DNA of 32,000 nucleotides from an uncultured Clostridium sp. (GTDB lineage Bacteria; Bacillota; Clostridia; TANB77; CAG-508): NCBI GenBank assembly GCA_900554635.1, contig USHY01000002.1, positions 1,823 to 33,822 of the forward strand, read 5' to 3'. Shown piece by piece: positions 7,144 to 15,684 of this stretch (position 1 is its first letter; each line of letters starts with the position of its first letter). The notes under the pieces were generated by a model. It saw only the letters and a program-made list of their open reading frames with translations, ran no database searches and was not told where the DNA came from. The position numbers and the translations under genes were made by a program.

Positions 7144-9489
7144 CTAATATCTGCTTTTCATTCTACTTAAAGTCTCGTTTACCTGACTTGAAAAGGGCTC
7201 CCTATTCTCATTTTTTCCACCAGAATAATTTTGCCTTCCAACTAATGGATATACCATATTTGCCAATTGTCTTAAAGATTCTAAAAATGTTTTTGTATAA
7301 CCATTTAGACTAATAGAACAATTTACTAATGACTCTAAGTATTTTATATAATTTTGCACTTCAAATGGTATTTCACAAAACATTATATTGTCTCTATCAA
7401 AAAGTTCTGTCATATATGTCATATTTGGTGAATTATAACAAGACATTCCCCCAATTAATGTTTTTACATTTAGATTTCTTACTCGCTCAGATTTGTTTAT
7501 TACTATTTTTAATTTTTCTGGAGCTAGTATTCCTTTTGATTTTAAATTTCTTAAAAATGCAGTAAGTGGTTGAATTGTTAAAACATCCATTGTTTGTACT
7601 AAATATATTTCTTGGGCTTTTGCAAATATTTCTGGATCTGTTTCAAAGTCTGTATCTATTAATACTGCTGAGTATCTGTTTAGTAGTGCAGTTAAAATAG
7701 TTTCTATTTTATAATCTCTTTCATCCCCTGGCATTTCTGTATAAATTGTTAGATTTTTATTTACCTTTATTCCTTCAGTTACTCCTCTTTGAAGATTATC
7801 CATACAATTTTTTGCAATATTTCTTAATTTTTCTTCATTGTTTGTATATATGTAATAAGCATTTTTAGATTTTGTCATATCCAATATTGCTGTTTCAATT
7901 CCCATGGAAGATAGCATTTCTGCTGTATTGTTTACTACAAATGATGTGCCATTTTTTGTGGTTCCAACAAATGCTACCAATTTTCTGTCACTAGTAAGTA
8001 GAGCATTAAAACTAGGGCTTGAGTAGTTACTTGTTGTTATAGAATTGTTTTCACTAAACATGTTGCTTGAATTAGTTTGTGGTTCTACAGGTCTTACATT
8101 TTCAATGTTGGTTGGCTTTATTGTTGGCTCTTCATGATGTTCTTCACGATGTTCTTCCTGCTCTTCTAATCCAAATAGGTCTGGTTCTTGCTCTTGATTT
8201 ATTTTTTCATCTTCCATATTGAACAAATCAACTTCTTGTTCAGTTTCTGGTTCATCAAGATTAAACAAATCAACTTCTTGACCTTTTTCCTCTTTTTCTT
8301 CATCTATTTCAAATAAGTTTGGTTCTTCTTGTTTTTGCTCTTCTATTTTCTCATTTTCCTCTGGCAATGGATTTTTTCTTGGTCTTCCCCTACCTCTTTT
8401 TGGTTTTTCTTCATCTACTTCTGGTAATGGATTTTTTCTTGGTCTTCCTCTGCCTTTTTTTGGTGGAATTATTGTTTCTTCTTTTTTTTCTGGTTCTTCT
8501 GCTTTTTCCTCTACTTTTTCTTCAATCTTAGGTTGAGTATTTTCTATTTTATTATGGTTATCTATATTTTCAACATCTACAATTGCGCTAGGCTTTATAT
8601 CTGGTTTTGCAACATTTGGTATTATTACTTTCTGAATTTTTTGTGTTTCTAATGATGTTGGTATAACTACTGATTTGATTGTTTTTGGTTTTGCAAAATC
8701 TCCAAGTAGATCTAGCCCTAGTTCATCATTTTCTTCTTTTTTTCTTATCTTGTCTTTATAACTTTCTGTTCTTCCTCTAGCATCAAATCCGTTTATTGCT
8801 GAATTTGTTACTAACTGTTGATATTTAGGTGATCTTTCTTCAAGTACGGCTTTTACATTCATTGGTAAGTATTTAATAATTATTTTTAATTGACTATCTG
8901 TATATTGTGATACTATGTTGTTAAAACTATCTATATACTTGTCTTCATTTTTACCAAGTCTTGCATAGTGTGCTCTTATGTTTTCAACTTCTGCTTCACT
9001 AACACTATTTTCACTATCATCATTTAATTCACTTTCATGAATCTCATAGTAAATTTTTGCACTTTCTTTATCTCTTGGTCTGTATATTAATTTGCATACT
9101 TCATCAATACTTCTGTCTTGGCCAATTATTGCGTTATATATACCAAGCTTATATAATTTTCCTAACATATCATCTGTTTTTCTTCTTCTATCAGCACAAA
9201 TTAATATTATATCTATCTTTTCATTATTAAGGCCTTTTGCTTCTTCTGCGATATTTGTATATTTATCTAGTAAAAATTTGTCTATTGAGCTATAGTTGTT
9301 GTTTGCAAATGGCTCTAGGTCTTCACTTATTACAACTCTACTATAACTTTTATCCTTTTGTAATTCTCTATATATTGCATTAAAATAATAAACATTTTTA
9401 TAAGATAATATTTCCTTATAATCTTTTTGATACTTTTTTACAATTGCATCTAAAACATTATCATTATTTACTGCAAATAAGATTTTCAT
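7144..9489 (-). CDS. multidomain protein: REC-like N-domain, two AT-hooks, acidic (D/N)LF repeats, degenerate ParA/MinD-like C-domain (CpaE/TadZ- or BcsQ-like layout)
   Basis: 781 aa. The N-terminal ~150 aa have a receiver-like pattern (MKILFAVNND, RVVISEDLEP, IDIILICA, KLGIYNAI). The middle carries KKGRGRPRKNPLPE and KRGRGRPRKNPLPE, followed by EPNLF, QEVDLF, QEVDLF and EPDLF. The C-terminal region reads LVAFVGTTKNGTSFVVNNTAEMLSSMGIETAILDM ... VLIDTD ... KIVINK, a ParA/MinD fold whose Walker A lacks the GK(S/T) lysine. Confidence 0.6.
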   Translation of the reverse strand: MKILFAVNNDNVLDAIVKKYQKDYKEILSYKNVYYFNAIYRELQKDKSYSRVVISEDLEPFANNNYSSIDKFLLDKYTNIAEEAKGLNNEKIDIILICADRRRKTDDMLGKLYKLGIYNAIIGQDRSIDEVCKLIYRPRDKESAKIYYEIHESELNDDSENSVSEAEVENIRAHYARLGKNEDKYIDSFNNIVSQYTDSQLKIIIKYLPMNVKAVLEERSPKYQQLVTNSAINGFDARGRTESYKDKIRKKEENDELGLDLLGDFAKPKTIKSVVIPTSLETQKIQKVIIPNVAKPDIKPSAIVDVENIDNHNKIENTQPKIEEKVEEKAEEPEKKEETIIPPKKGRGRPRKNPLPEVDEEKPKRGRGRPRKNPLPEENEKIEEQKQEEPNLFEIDEEKEEKGQEVDLFNLDEPETEQEVDLFNMEDEKINQEQEPDLFGLEEQEEHREEHHEEPTIKPTNIENVRPVEPQTNSSNMFSENNSITTSNYSSPSFNALLTSDRKLVAFVGTTKNGTSFVVNNTAEMLSSMGIETAILDMTKSKNAYYIYTNNEEKLRNIAKNCMDNLQRGVTEGIKVNKNLTIYTEMPGDERDYKIETILTALLNRYSAVLIDTDFETDPEIFAKAQEIYLVQTMDVLTIQPLTAFLRNLKSKGILAPEKLKIVINKSERVRNLNVKTLIGGMSCYNSPNMTYMTELFDRDNIMFCEIPFEVQNYIKYLESLVNCSISLNGYTKTFLESLRQLANMVYPLVGRQNYSGGKNENREPFSSQVNETLSRMKSRY
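8361..8480 (-). repeat. two tandem 60-bp units inside the 7144..9489 CDS, each encoding one AT-hook
   Basis: Segments 8361-8420 and 8421-8480 are near-identical over their first ~43 nt (ctggYaatggattttttcttggtcttccYctRcct...). Confidence 0.8.
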
Positions 9490-9493
9490 ATGT

Positions 9494-9895
9494 TTAACCC
9501 CTCCAACCTGTTACTACAAGTGCATATATGAATGGTAATACTTGACAAATTACTAATATTGTAACAAAAACTATTACAGTACCAAATCCTCTATGTTTAT
9601 AGTCAAGTCTTCTTGTTCCCATTACATACTGAAATACAAGTCCAATTGCAATTCCTGCAAAACATAGTGGAATACTGTATGGTTGTACAATTTCTTCTAT
9701 TATGTATCCTGTCATTCCATATGCTTCTGAACCGTATCTTTCAGCATAAAATTCTTTCTTTTCCTCCATTTTTGATTTTACTTCTGTTACATCATTTTGT
9801 GTTTTTTCCCCTAAATTATCTGCATCAGCTGCAAATACACAATTTATTGATAATAAACAAATAATTATAAATAATATTGCAATAGTTTTTTTCAT
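9494..9895 (-). CDS. small secreted/membrane protein (signal peptide plus two C-terminal TM helices)
   Basis: 133 aa. The signal peptide is MKKTIAILFIIICLLSINCVFAADA. A charged region follows, then two hydrophobic helices. GGAGG lies upstream of the ATG. I recognise no family. Confidence 0.6.
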   Translation of the reverse strand: MKKTIAILFIIICLLSINCVFAADADNLGEKTQNDVTEVKSKMEEKKEFYAERYGSEAYGMTGYIIEEIVQPYSIPLCFAGIAIGLVFQYVMGTRRLDYKHRGFGTVIVFVTILVICQVLPFIYALVVTGWRG

Positions 9896-9933
9896 TTTAT
9901 ACCTCCACTACAACTACTTTTTTCACTTATAAT

Positions 9934-9962
9934 ATCATACAATATTTAGCTAAAAATAGCAA
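9934..9962 (-). promoter_or_regulatory. sigma-A-type promoter candidate
   Basis: The minus strand reads TTGCTA (9957-9962), a 17-nt spacer, then TATGAT (9934-9939). It lies just downstream of the GT2 terminator and upstream of the 9494..9895 ORF. Confidence 0.45.
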
Positions 9963-9994
9963 GTTTATTTTATGATTTTTTTATTTTTTTTCAT

Positions 9995-10033
9995 AAAAAA
10001 TTGCTTGCCATTTTCTTTTGTTGGCAAGCAATT
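9995..10033 (-). terminator. rho-independent terminator after the GT2 gene
   Basis: A perfect 12-bp stem, aattgcttgcca (9999-10010) with tggcaagcaatt (10022-10033), encloses an 11-nt loop. It is followed on the minus strand by TTTTTT (of which the two stem-proximal T are also the outermost stem bases), and begins 6 nt after the stop at 10039. Confidence 0.7.
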
Positions 10034-10038
10034 AAATT

Positions 10039-11265
10039 CTAATTTTCTCCTTTAAGTTTTATATCTCTTACATGTTCAATTTTTTCCCATTTTGTATTTG
10101 GTTTTATTAATGCTTTTATGTTTATTGCAATCCAAGAAGCCAAAAATAATGGATAGCATAGTAGACCTTTGATCATAGGTTTTATCGGTCTTTTATCTAA
10201 GATTAATGTTAATAATGCTGTTAATGGTGGAATTACAAATGTTGCTACTAAATATTTTGCATAATTCCATACTAAGCCCATTAGAGTCATTCCATCTCCT
10301 AAATAGATAATGAAATTTATTACCAAAATCGCAAGTGTTACTATTAATATTGGCATTCCCATAAGATATAATAATCCATCTACATTCATTAATTTTCTGT
10401 TCTTTACAACACCTGTTGCTAAATCTTTTAGGTAATATTTAAAGCATTGTATATGTCCAACTGACCATCTTGTTCTTTGTGTCCAAGATTGCTTAAATCC
10501 TAGTGGTTGTTCATCATACACTATTGCATCTGTTGCCCAACCTAATGCTCTACCTTTTGATATGTTTATTAATGAAAATTCTATATCTTCTGTAAGAGTT
10601 TTTGTGTTCCAGCCTTCATTTTTAATCAAATCGTATTTTACCATAAAACCTGTTCCATTTAAAAGTGGAGATAGTCCCACATTATATCTTGCTAAATGAT
10701 AAAATCTGTGCATCATCCAGTAAAATAGTGCATATCCGGCTGTTACCCATGTGTCATCTGGATTTTTTATATCTCTATATCCTTGTACAACTTCTTCACC
10801 TTGGCATAGTTTTTTGTTCATTGCCTTTGTGAAGTTTTTATCAACTATGTTGTCTGCATCAAATACGAAAAGTGCATCATAATCAACATTTTGTTCTTGC
10901 ATTTTCTTTAAAAACCATTGCATTGCATAGCCTTTTGTTTTATGTTCTGGGTCATTTCTTTCATAGACAATTGCTCCTGCTTCTTTTGCAATTGTAGCTG
11001 TATTGTCTGTGCAATTATCAGCAATAACATATATATCCAATTTATCTTTCGGATAGTCTTGCTCTTTTAAGCTTTCAATTAAGTTTTTTACAACCCTTTC
11101 TTCATTATGTGCAGGAATTATTGCCATGAATTTATGTGTTTTGTTAATTAGTATTGGTTTTTCTTTGAATTTTATTAATGAACAAACACTAATTGCTATA
11201 TTATATATCCAAAATATTGTCATTATTCCTACAAGTGCTTGTTGTAATATATATAAATAATCCAT
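10039..11265 (-). CDS. membrane-embedded processive family-2 glycosyltransferase (IcaA/PgaC/cellulose-synthase-like)
   Basis: Motifs include IIPAHNEERVV, the DxD motif VFDADN and the Q(Q/R)xRW motif QRTRWSVG. There is an N-terminal TM and about 4 C-terminal TM helices. Confidence 0.8.
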   Translation of the reverse strand: MDYLYILQQALVGIMTIFWIYNIAISVCSLIKFKEKPILINKTHKFMAIIPAHNEERVVKNLIESLKEQDYPKDKLDIYVIADNCTDNTATIAKEAGAIVYERNDPEHKTKGYAMQWFLKKMQEQNVDYDALFVFDADNIVDKNFTKAMNKKLCQGEEVVQGYRDIKNPDDTWVTAGYALFYWMMHRFYHLARYNVGLSPLLNGTGFMVKYDLIKNEGWNTKTLTEDIEFSLINISKGRALGWATDAIVYDEQPLGFKQSWTQRTRWSVGHIQCFKYYLKDLATGVVKNRKLMNVDGLLYLMGMPILIVTLAILVINFIIYLGDGMTLMGLVWNYAKYLVATFVIPPLTALLTLILDKRPIKPMIKGLLCYPLFLASWIAINIKALIKPNTKWEKIEHVRDIKLKGEN

Positions 11266-11277
11266 TTATATACTCCT

Positions 11278-11958
11278 TTACATTGCTTCTTCTGCTTTTA
11301 TAACTTCTTCTGAATGATTTTCTTCATCCTCTTTATTTACAAATTCTAAACTACTAATTGAAACTTCGTATGCTATTCTAGTTTCTACTGTTCCATCTTC
11401 ATGTTTCTTTTCATATGGTCTTGATTGAACTCTTCCTACTAGTTTTAATTCTGTTCCAATTGGCATATCTTCACAGAATCTTGCATTTCTTCCCCATGTT
11501 ATACATGGTATGTAATCTGATTTATTATAAGCTCTATTTACTGCAACTAAAATATCTGCTATTTCTCTACCAAATGGTGTTTTTCTATAGATTGGTTTTC
11601 TACATATATGACCAACTAGATGAACTTCATTAGGTATTTTTATGTCTTCATCTTCACCTTTTTCTCTAATTTCTTTTACAAATACTGTTAGTACTAATCT
11701 GCTTCTAGAATCTTCATAAGCATTATAAGATCTAAACTGACCTTCTATTACTACTTGTTTTCCTATACTTAAGTCAAAATTTGCTATTAATCTTTCAGAT
11801 ATTGTAATTGGTATAATATCTGATATACCACTTAAACGCGGAATCTCTAAATCAAAGTTAAAGAAACTCTCCCCATAAATTTCGTGACTGAATTTTTTCT
11901 CACTTGTAACTTTACCAACTAACATAATATAGTTGTTTTGTGAATAATTTGTAACCAA
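11278..11958 (-). CDS. tandem OB-fold, SSB-like single-stranded DNA-binding protein
   Basis: Two SSB-like halves are visible: NYIMLVGKVTSE...VVIEGQFRSY...RLVLTVFV and NEVHLVGHICRKP...LKLVGRVQSRPYEK...IAYEVSI. An acidic tail follows. The start is TTG, with AGGAGG 9 nt upstream. Confidence 0.6.
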   Translation of the reverse strand: MVTNYSQNNYIMLVGKVTSEKKFSHEIYGESFFNFDLEIPRLSGISDIIPITISERLIANFDLSIGKQVVIEGQFRSYNAYEDSRSRLVLTVFVKEIREKGEDEDIKIPNEVHLVGHICRKPIYRKTPFGREIADILVAVNRAYNKSDYIPCITWGRNARFCEDMPIGTELKLVGRVQSRPYEKKHEDGTVETRIAYEVSISSLEFVNKEDEENHSEEVIKAEEAM

Positions 11959-12034
11959 TTTTATTTCCTCCTTTTTTTCGTCTGCAAGTTAATATTTTAC
12001 TTTTAGACTAGTCTCACTTTCCAAGACATTTTAT

Positions 12035-12063
12035 ATTATACTACATTTTTTTGGATTTGTCTA
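12035..12063 (-). promoter_or_regulatory. sigma-A-type promoter candidate with a ~75-nt leader
   Basis: The minus strand reads TAGACA (12058-12063), a 17-nt spacer, then TATAAT (12035-12040). Confidence 0.45.
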
Positions 12064-12110
12064 CATAAAATGGTAAAATTATGTTAATTTTGTTGTTTTT
12101 TTTGTCTATC

Positions 12111-12590
12111 CTATGCTTTTTTAATATCTAAAACTTTGTATTTTGCAACTCCACCTGGTGTATTTGCTTCAACTGTTTCTCCTTTTTTTGCTCCAATTAA
12201 TGCTGCACCTATAGGTGATACATTTGAAATTCTATTTTTTGATAAGTCAACTTCAGTTGAACCAACTATAGTATATTCAAGCTCTTCGTTAAATTCTATG
12301 TCTAAAATTTTTACTGTATTTCCTACTTGAACAGTTTTTGTATCTATTTCAGATTCATCTATAATTTTTGCATATCTTAATTTGTTTTCTAAATCTACTA
12401 TTTTTATTTCATTATCTGCTTGGGCATTTTTTGCTTCATCATATTCAGAATTTTCTGATAAGTCTCCAAATCCTAAAGCGACTTTAATTCTTTCTGAGAT
12501 TTCAGCTCTTTTTTCTGTTTTTAAATATTCTAGTTGTTTTTCTAAATTATCATAACCTTCTTGTGTTAATAAAATTTCTTTTTCATCCAT
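12111..12590 (-). CDS. greA: transcription elongation factor GreA
   Basis: The sequence LTQEGYDNLEKQLEYLKTEKRAEISERIKVALGFGDLSENSEYDEAKNAQ is a canonical GreA N-terminal coiled coil. 159 aa. Confidence 0.92.
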   Translation of the reverse strand: MDEKEILLTQEGYDNLEKQLEYLKTEKRAEISERIKVALGFGDLSENSEYDEAKNAQADNEIKIVDLENKLRYAKIIDESEIDTKTVQVGNTVKILDIEFNEELEYTIVGSTEVDLSKNRISNVSPIGAALIGAKKGETVEANTPGGVAKYKVLDIKKA

Positions 12591-12627
12591 CTTACATTAC
12601 CCCTTTTTAAATTATCATAGTTTCTTA

Positions 12628-12656
12628 ATCTTACTCTAATAAATACAATTTGTCAA
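12628..12656 (-). promoter_or_regulatory. sigma-A-type promoter candidate for greA
   Basis: The minus strand reads TTGACA (12651-12656), a 17-nt spacer, then TAAGAT (12628-12633). Confidence 0.45.
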
Positions 12657-12671
12657 GTAAAACTTTAAATT

Positions 12672-13529
12672 TTATGCAAATTCTTTTGTATTTATTTTTC
12701 CGTTTACTCCAATCAATTCTTCTATTTCTATTTGGTCTTGTTCTATTTGTTCAAATATTTGTTTTGAAGTTTTATTATATATGCTAGCTTCATAAATGTG
12801 TGTGCTTGTCAACCCCGGCATTTCATATTCTTCAGGTACTTTTATTTTCCAATCTTTAATATTTATTCCAGAAAATTTTTTAGATTTTATTTTTATGTTT
12901 TTAGGTATATTTATTAGTGTTGCCTGGTTTGGAAGTTTTATTCTATTTATACCTTCTTGTGGAAAGTCTAAATTAATTATTATATCTGAGCTTGCTAAAT
13001 TAAAGTTTACATTATTTGTGTTCTTTATTATCATTCCTAGCTCTTCATATATATATTCTGCTATTTTGTTGAACTTTTTTGTATTATTAGTTACTATATT
13101 CAGTCTTTTTACACTCTGTGCTAGTTTTATTATTGTTTGTATATTTACTTCATTATTTTCGTTTACTAGAAGTGTAACTTCTCCTGCTTGTATATTTTTT
13201 TGTTTGTATTCGAAAACTTTTTCTATAACATTAAATACTAAGAACTTTGAAAGTCTTGTACCATCTAGTATGTTTATATTATTACTATACAATACATTTT
13301 TTATTGTTTCATTTTGCTCTAATTCTTGTTCCAGTACAACATTTTTTATTGCTTTTTCATAAAAAAATTGACTAAGTTTTTCCATTACCTTTTCTGTTTT
13401 CTTTTTTCTGGTTTTATTATTAATTGGTAGATATATTATTGTTTTGTCTTCTATTGTATCTGTTTTGAAAATGCTTAAAGTTTTATATATTAATTTTGGT
13501 TTTTTAGTTTGCTTTATATATATTATCAT
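12672..13529 (-). CDS. hypothetical protein
   Basis: 285-aa ORF between mnmA and greA. It is N/K/I-rich and I recognise no family. Confidence 0.5.
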   Translation of the reverse strand: MIIYIKQTKKPKLIYKTLSIFKTDTIEDKTIIYLPINNKTRKKKTEKVMEKLSQFFYEKAIKNVVLEQELEQNETIKNVLYSNNINILDGTRLSKFLVFNVIEKVFEYKQKNIQAGEVTLLVNENNEVNIQTIIKLAQSVKRLNIVTNNTKKFNKIAEYIYEELGMIIKNTNNVNFNLASSDIIINLDFPQEGINRIKLPNQATLINIPKNIKIKSKKFSGINIKDWKIKVPEEYEMPGLTSTHIYEASIYNKTSKQIFEQIEQDQIEIEELIGVNGKINTKEFA

Positions 13530-13579
13530 AATTTTATCACCTAGAACATTATATTTATTCTAGTGAAAAATATGACAAG

Positions 13580-14647
13580 TTATATTATTTTTCCTCCACC
13601 TATCAAAACATCATCTATGTAGAACACTACTGATTGCCCTTTTGTAATTGCTCTTTGTGGTGTTTCAAATTCTACCTTCACCTTTCCATTTACCTCTGGA
13701 AATAATGTGGCTTCCGCTTCTTTTGCACCATACCTTATTTTAGCATTTACTTTAATTGGCAAGTCTCTTTTAATATATACTGTGAAGTTTAAATTGTTAG
13801 CATATAATTCTTTTGAAAAAATATCTTTTTCATCGCCTACTACTAAAAGGTTATTTTGTGCATCTAGCTTGACTACATACAATGGTGTTTCATGAGCTAT
13901 TCCTAATCCTTTTCTTTGGCCTATTGTATAGTGGATTAGCCCTTTGTGTGTTCCAAGTACATTTCCCTGGTTATCTACAATTTTCCCTGGTTTTGATTCT
14001 ACTCTTCCTTTTTTGCTTAGAAATTTTGCATAATCATCATCAGGTATAAAACAGATTTCCTGGCTATCTGGTTTTTTAGCTGTTAAAAGGTCATGCTTTT
14101 CTGCTATTTTTCTTATTTGTTCTTTGTTTTCAAATTGACCTAATGGAAAAAGCACTTTGTTTATTATATCTTTTGGTATGTTATATAATACATAGCTTTG
14201 GTCTTTTTTACCTGCATTTGATTTTTTTAGTACAACTTGATTGTATTTATCACTAAACTCTGTTTTTGCATAATGTCCTGTTGCAATATAGTCACATCCT
14301 AGTTCCATTGCTTTTCTAAAGAAATAATTAAACTTTAAATATTTATTACATTCTATACAAGGATTAGGTGTTCTTGCATTTGCATATTCTTCTATAAAGT
14401 TTTCAATTACACACTTCTTGAATTCTTCTTTTAAATTTAAGGTATAATGTGGTATTCCAAGTTTATCGCAAACTCTTTTGGCATCTAATATACTATCATC
14501 ACCACAGCATTTGCTTTGTCCTTCATCATCTTCTGGATCCCAAAGCTTCATTGTTGCCCCTATTACTTCATATCCCTGTTCCATTAAAATTATTGCTGCA
14601 ACACTACTATCTACGCCACCGCTCATACCTAATAAAACTCTTTTCAT
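13580..14647 (-). CDS. mnmA: tRNA 2-thiouridine(34) synthase MnmA
   Basis: The PP-loop is present as LLGMSGGVDSSVAA. Also present are NPCIECNKYLKF and a C-terminal barrel. 355 aa. Confidence 0.92.
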   Translation of the reverse strand: MKRVLLGMSGGVDSSVAAIILMEQGYEVIGATMKLWDPEDDEGQSKCCGDDSILDAKRVCDKLGIPHYTLNLKEEFKKCVIENFIEEYANARTPNPCIECNKYLKFNYFFRKAMELGCDYIATGHYAKTEFSDKYNQVVLKKSNAGKKDQSYVLYNIPKDIINKVLFPLGQFENKEQIRKIAEKHDLLTAKKPDSQEICFIPDDDYAKFLSKKGRVESKPGKIVDNQGNVLGTHKGLIHYTIGQRKGLGIAHETPLYVVKLDAQNNLLVVGDEKDIFSKELYANNLNFTVYIKRDLPIKVNAKIRYGAKEAEATLFPEVNGKVKVEFETPQRAITKGQSVVFYIDDVLIGGGKII

Positions 14648-14665
14648 TGCTATGTCTCCTTGTTA

Positions 14666-15664
14666 TTAATTTTTGTTTACAAAATTCCAGCTATCCTTTA
14701 GCATTTCTTCTATTCCCTTTTCTGCTTTCCATCCAAGTTCCTTTTCTGCTTTTCTTGGGTTTGCATAACATGCTGGAATATCTCCTGGTCTTCTTGGTCC
14801 GATTTTATAATTTACTTTTACATTGTTTACTTTTTCGAAATTTTTCACTAATTCTAATACTGAATATCCATTTCCTGTTCCTAGGTTATATATTTTTACT
14901 CCCGCTTCTTTTCGTATTTTATCTAGTGCCTTCAAATGCCCCTTACTTAAGTCAACAACGTGTATATAGTCTCTTACGCCTGTTCCATCTTTTGTAGGAT
15001 AGTCATCTCCAAATATTGTTAATTCTTTGTATTCTCCTTTTGCAACTTTCATAATATATGGCATTATATTATTTGGTATTCCATTTGGAACTTCCCCAAT
15101 TAAACCACTTTCATGGGCACCTATTGGGTTGAAATATCTTAAAATTGCAATACAAAAATCTTTATCTGCAACTGCCACATCTTGTAGAATTTGCTCTATC
15201 ATTAATTTTGTACTTCCATATGGGTTTGTTGTAGATAGTGGTGAATCTTCTGCTATTGGTAGTTTTTGTGGATTGCCATATACTGTGGCTGATGAACTAA
15301 ACACTATTTTTTTGCAGTTATATTTTTTCATTGTTTTTAGTAAAATAAGTGTTCCTGTTATGTTGTTGTGATAATATTCAATAGGTTTTTCAACTGATTC
15401 TCCTACAGCCTTTAATCCTGCAAAGTGGATAACTGCTTCTATTTTATTCTCTTTAAATACATTATCTAATTTTTCTTCATCTAATAAATCTAATTCGTAA
15501 AATTTAAAATCTTTTCCTGTAATTTTTTTGATTTTTTCTAATACTTCTGGTGAGCTATTAGAAAAATTATCCACTATTACTAGTTCCTCTCCATTTTTTA
15601 GTAGTTCAACTGCTGTATGGCTACCTATATAGCCAGCTCCACCTGTTATTAATATCTTACTCAT
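14666..15664 (-). CDS. galE: UDP-glucose 4-epimerase GalE
   Basis: Motifs include ILITGGAGYIGSH, SSSATVYG and YGSTK (YxxxK). 332 aa. Confidence 0.92.
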   Translation of the reverse strand: MSKILITGGAGYIGSHTAVELLKNGEELVIVDNFSNSSPEVLEKIKKITGKDFKFYELDLLDEEKLDNVFKENKIEAVIHFAGLKAVGESVEKPIEYYHNNITGTLILLKTMKKYNCKKIVFSSSATVYGNPQKLPIAEDSPLSTTNPYGSTKLMIEQILQDVAVADKDFCIAILRYFNPIGAHESGLIGEVPNGIPNNIMPYIMKVAKGEYKELTIFGDDYPTKDGTGVRDYIHVVDLSKGHLKALDKIRKEAGVKIYNLGTGNGYSVLELVKNFEKVNNVKVNYKIGPRRPGDIPACYANPRKAEKELGWKAEKGIEEMLKDSWNFVNKN

Positions 15665-15684
15665 ATATTTTTCCTCCTTCTTTT

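Noticed and set aside
8361-8480. The tandem repeat as a CRISPR array or non-coding minisatellite.
   Set aside because: There are only two units with no spacer structure, and the repeat is entirely in frame within a CDS, encoding the AT-hook peptide.
7144-9489. Calling the REC-like/ParA-like protein a bona fide CpaE/TadZ of a Tad/Flp pilus locus.
   Set aside because: No cpaF/tadA ATPase, tadB/C, flp pilin or prepilin peptidase genes are in the window. The Walker A is degenerate, and the large AT-hook linker is not a TadZ feature.
9494-9895. The small protein as a VirB2/TrbC-type conjugative pilin (signal peptide plus two TM helices).
   Set aside because: The resemblance is in topology only. 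No type IV secretion, relaxase or other conjugation genes are nearby, so I left it as hypothetical.
12796-13362. Long plus-strand ORFs in the track: 12796..13362 (188 aa), 14449..14997 (182 aa), 17381..17935 (184 aa), 18759..19250 (163 aa), 26285..26950 (221 aa), and all the shorter ones.
   Set aside because: All lie antisense to well-supported minus-strand genes. They translate to L/F/S/I-rich low-complexity strings typical of AT-rich antisense frames. They lack RBS-like sequences and match no family I recognise.
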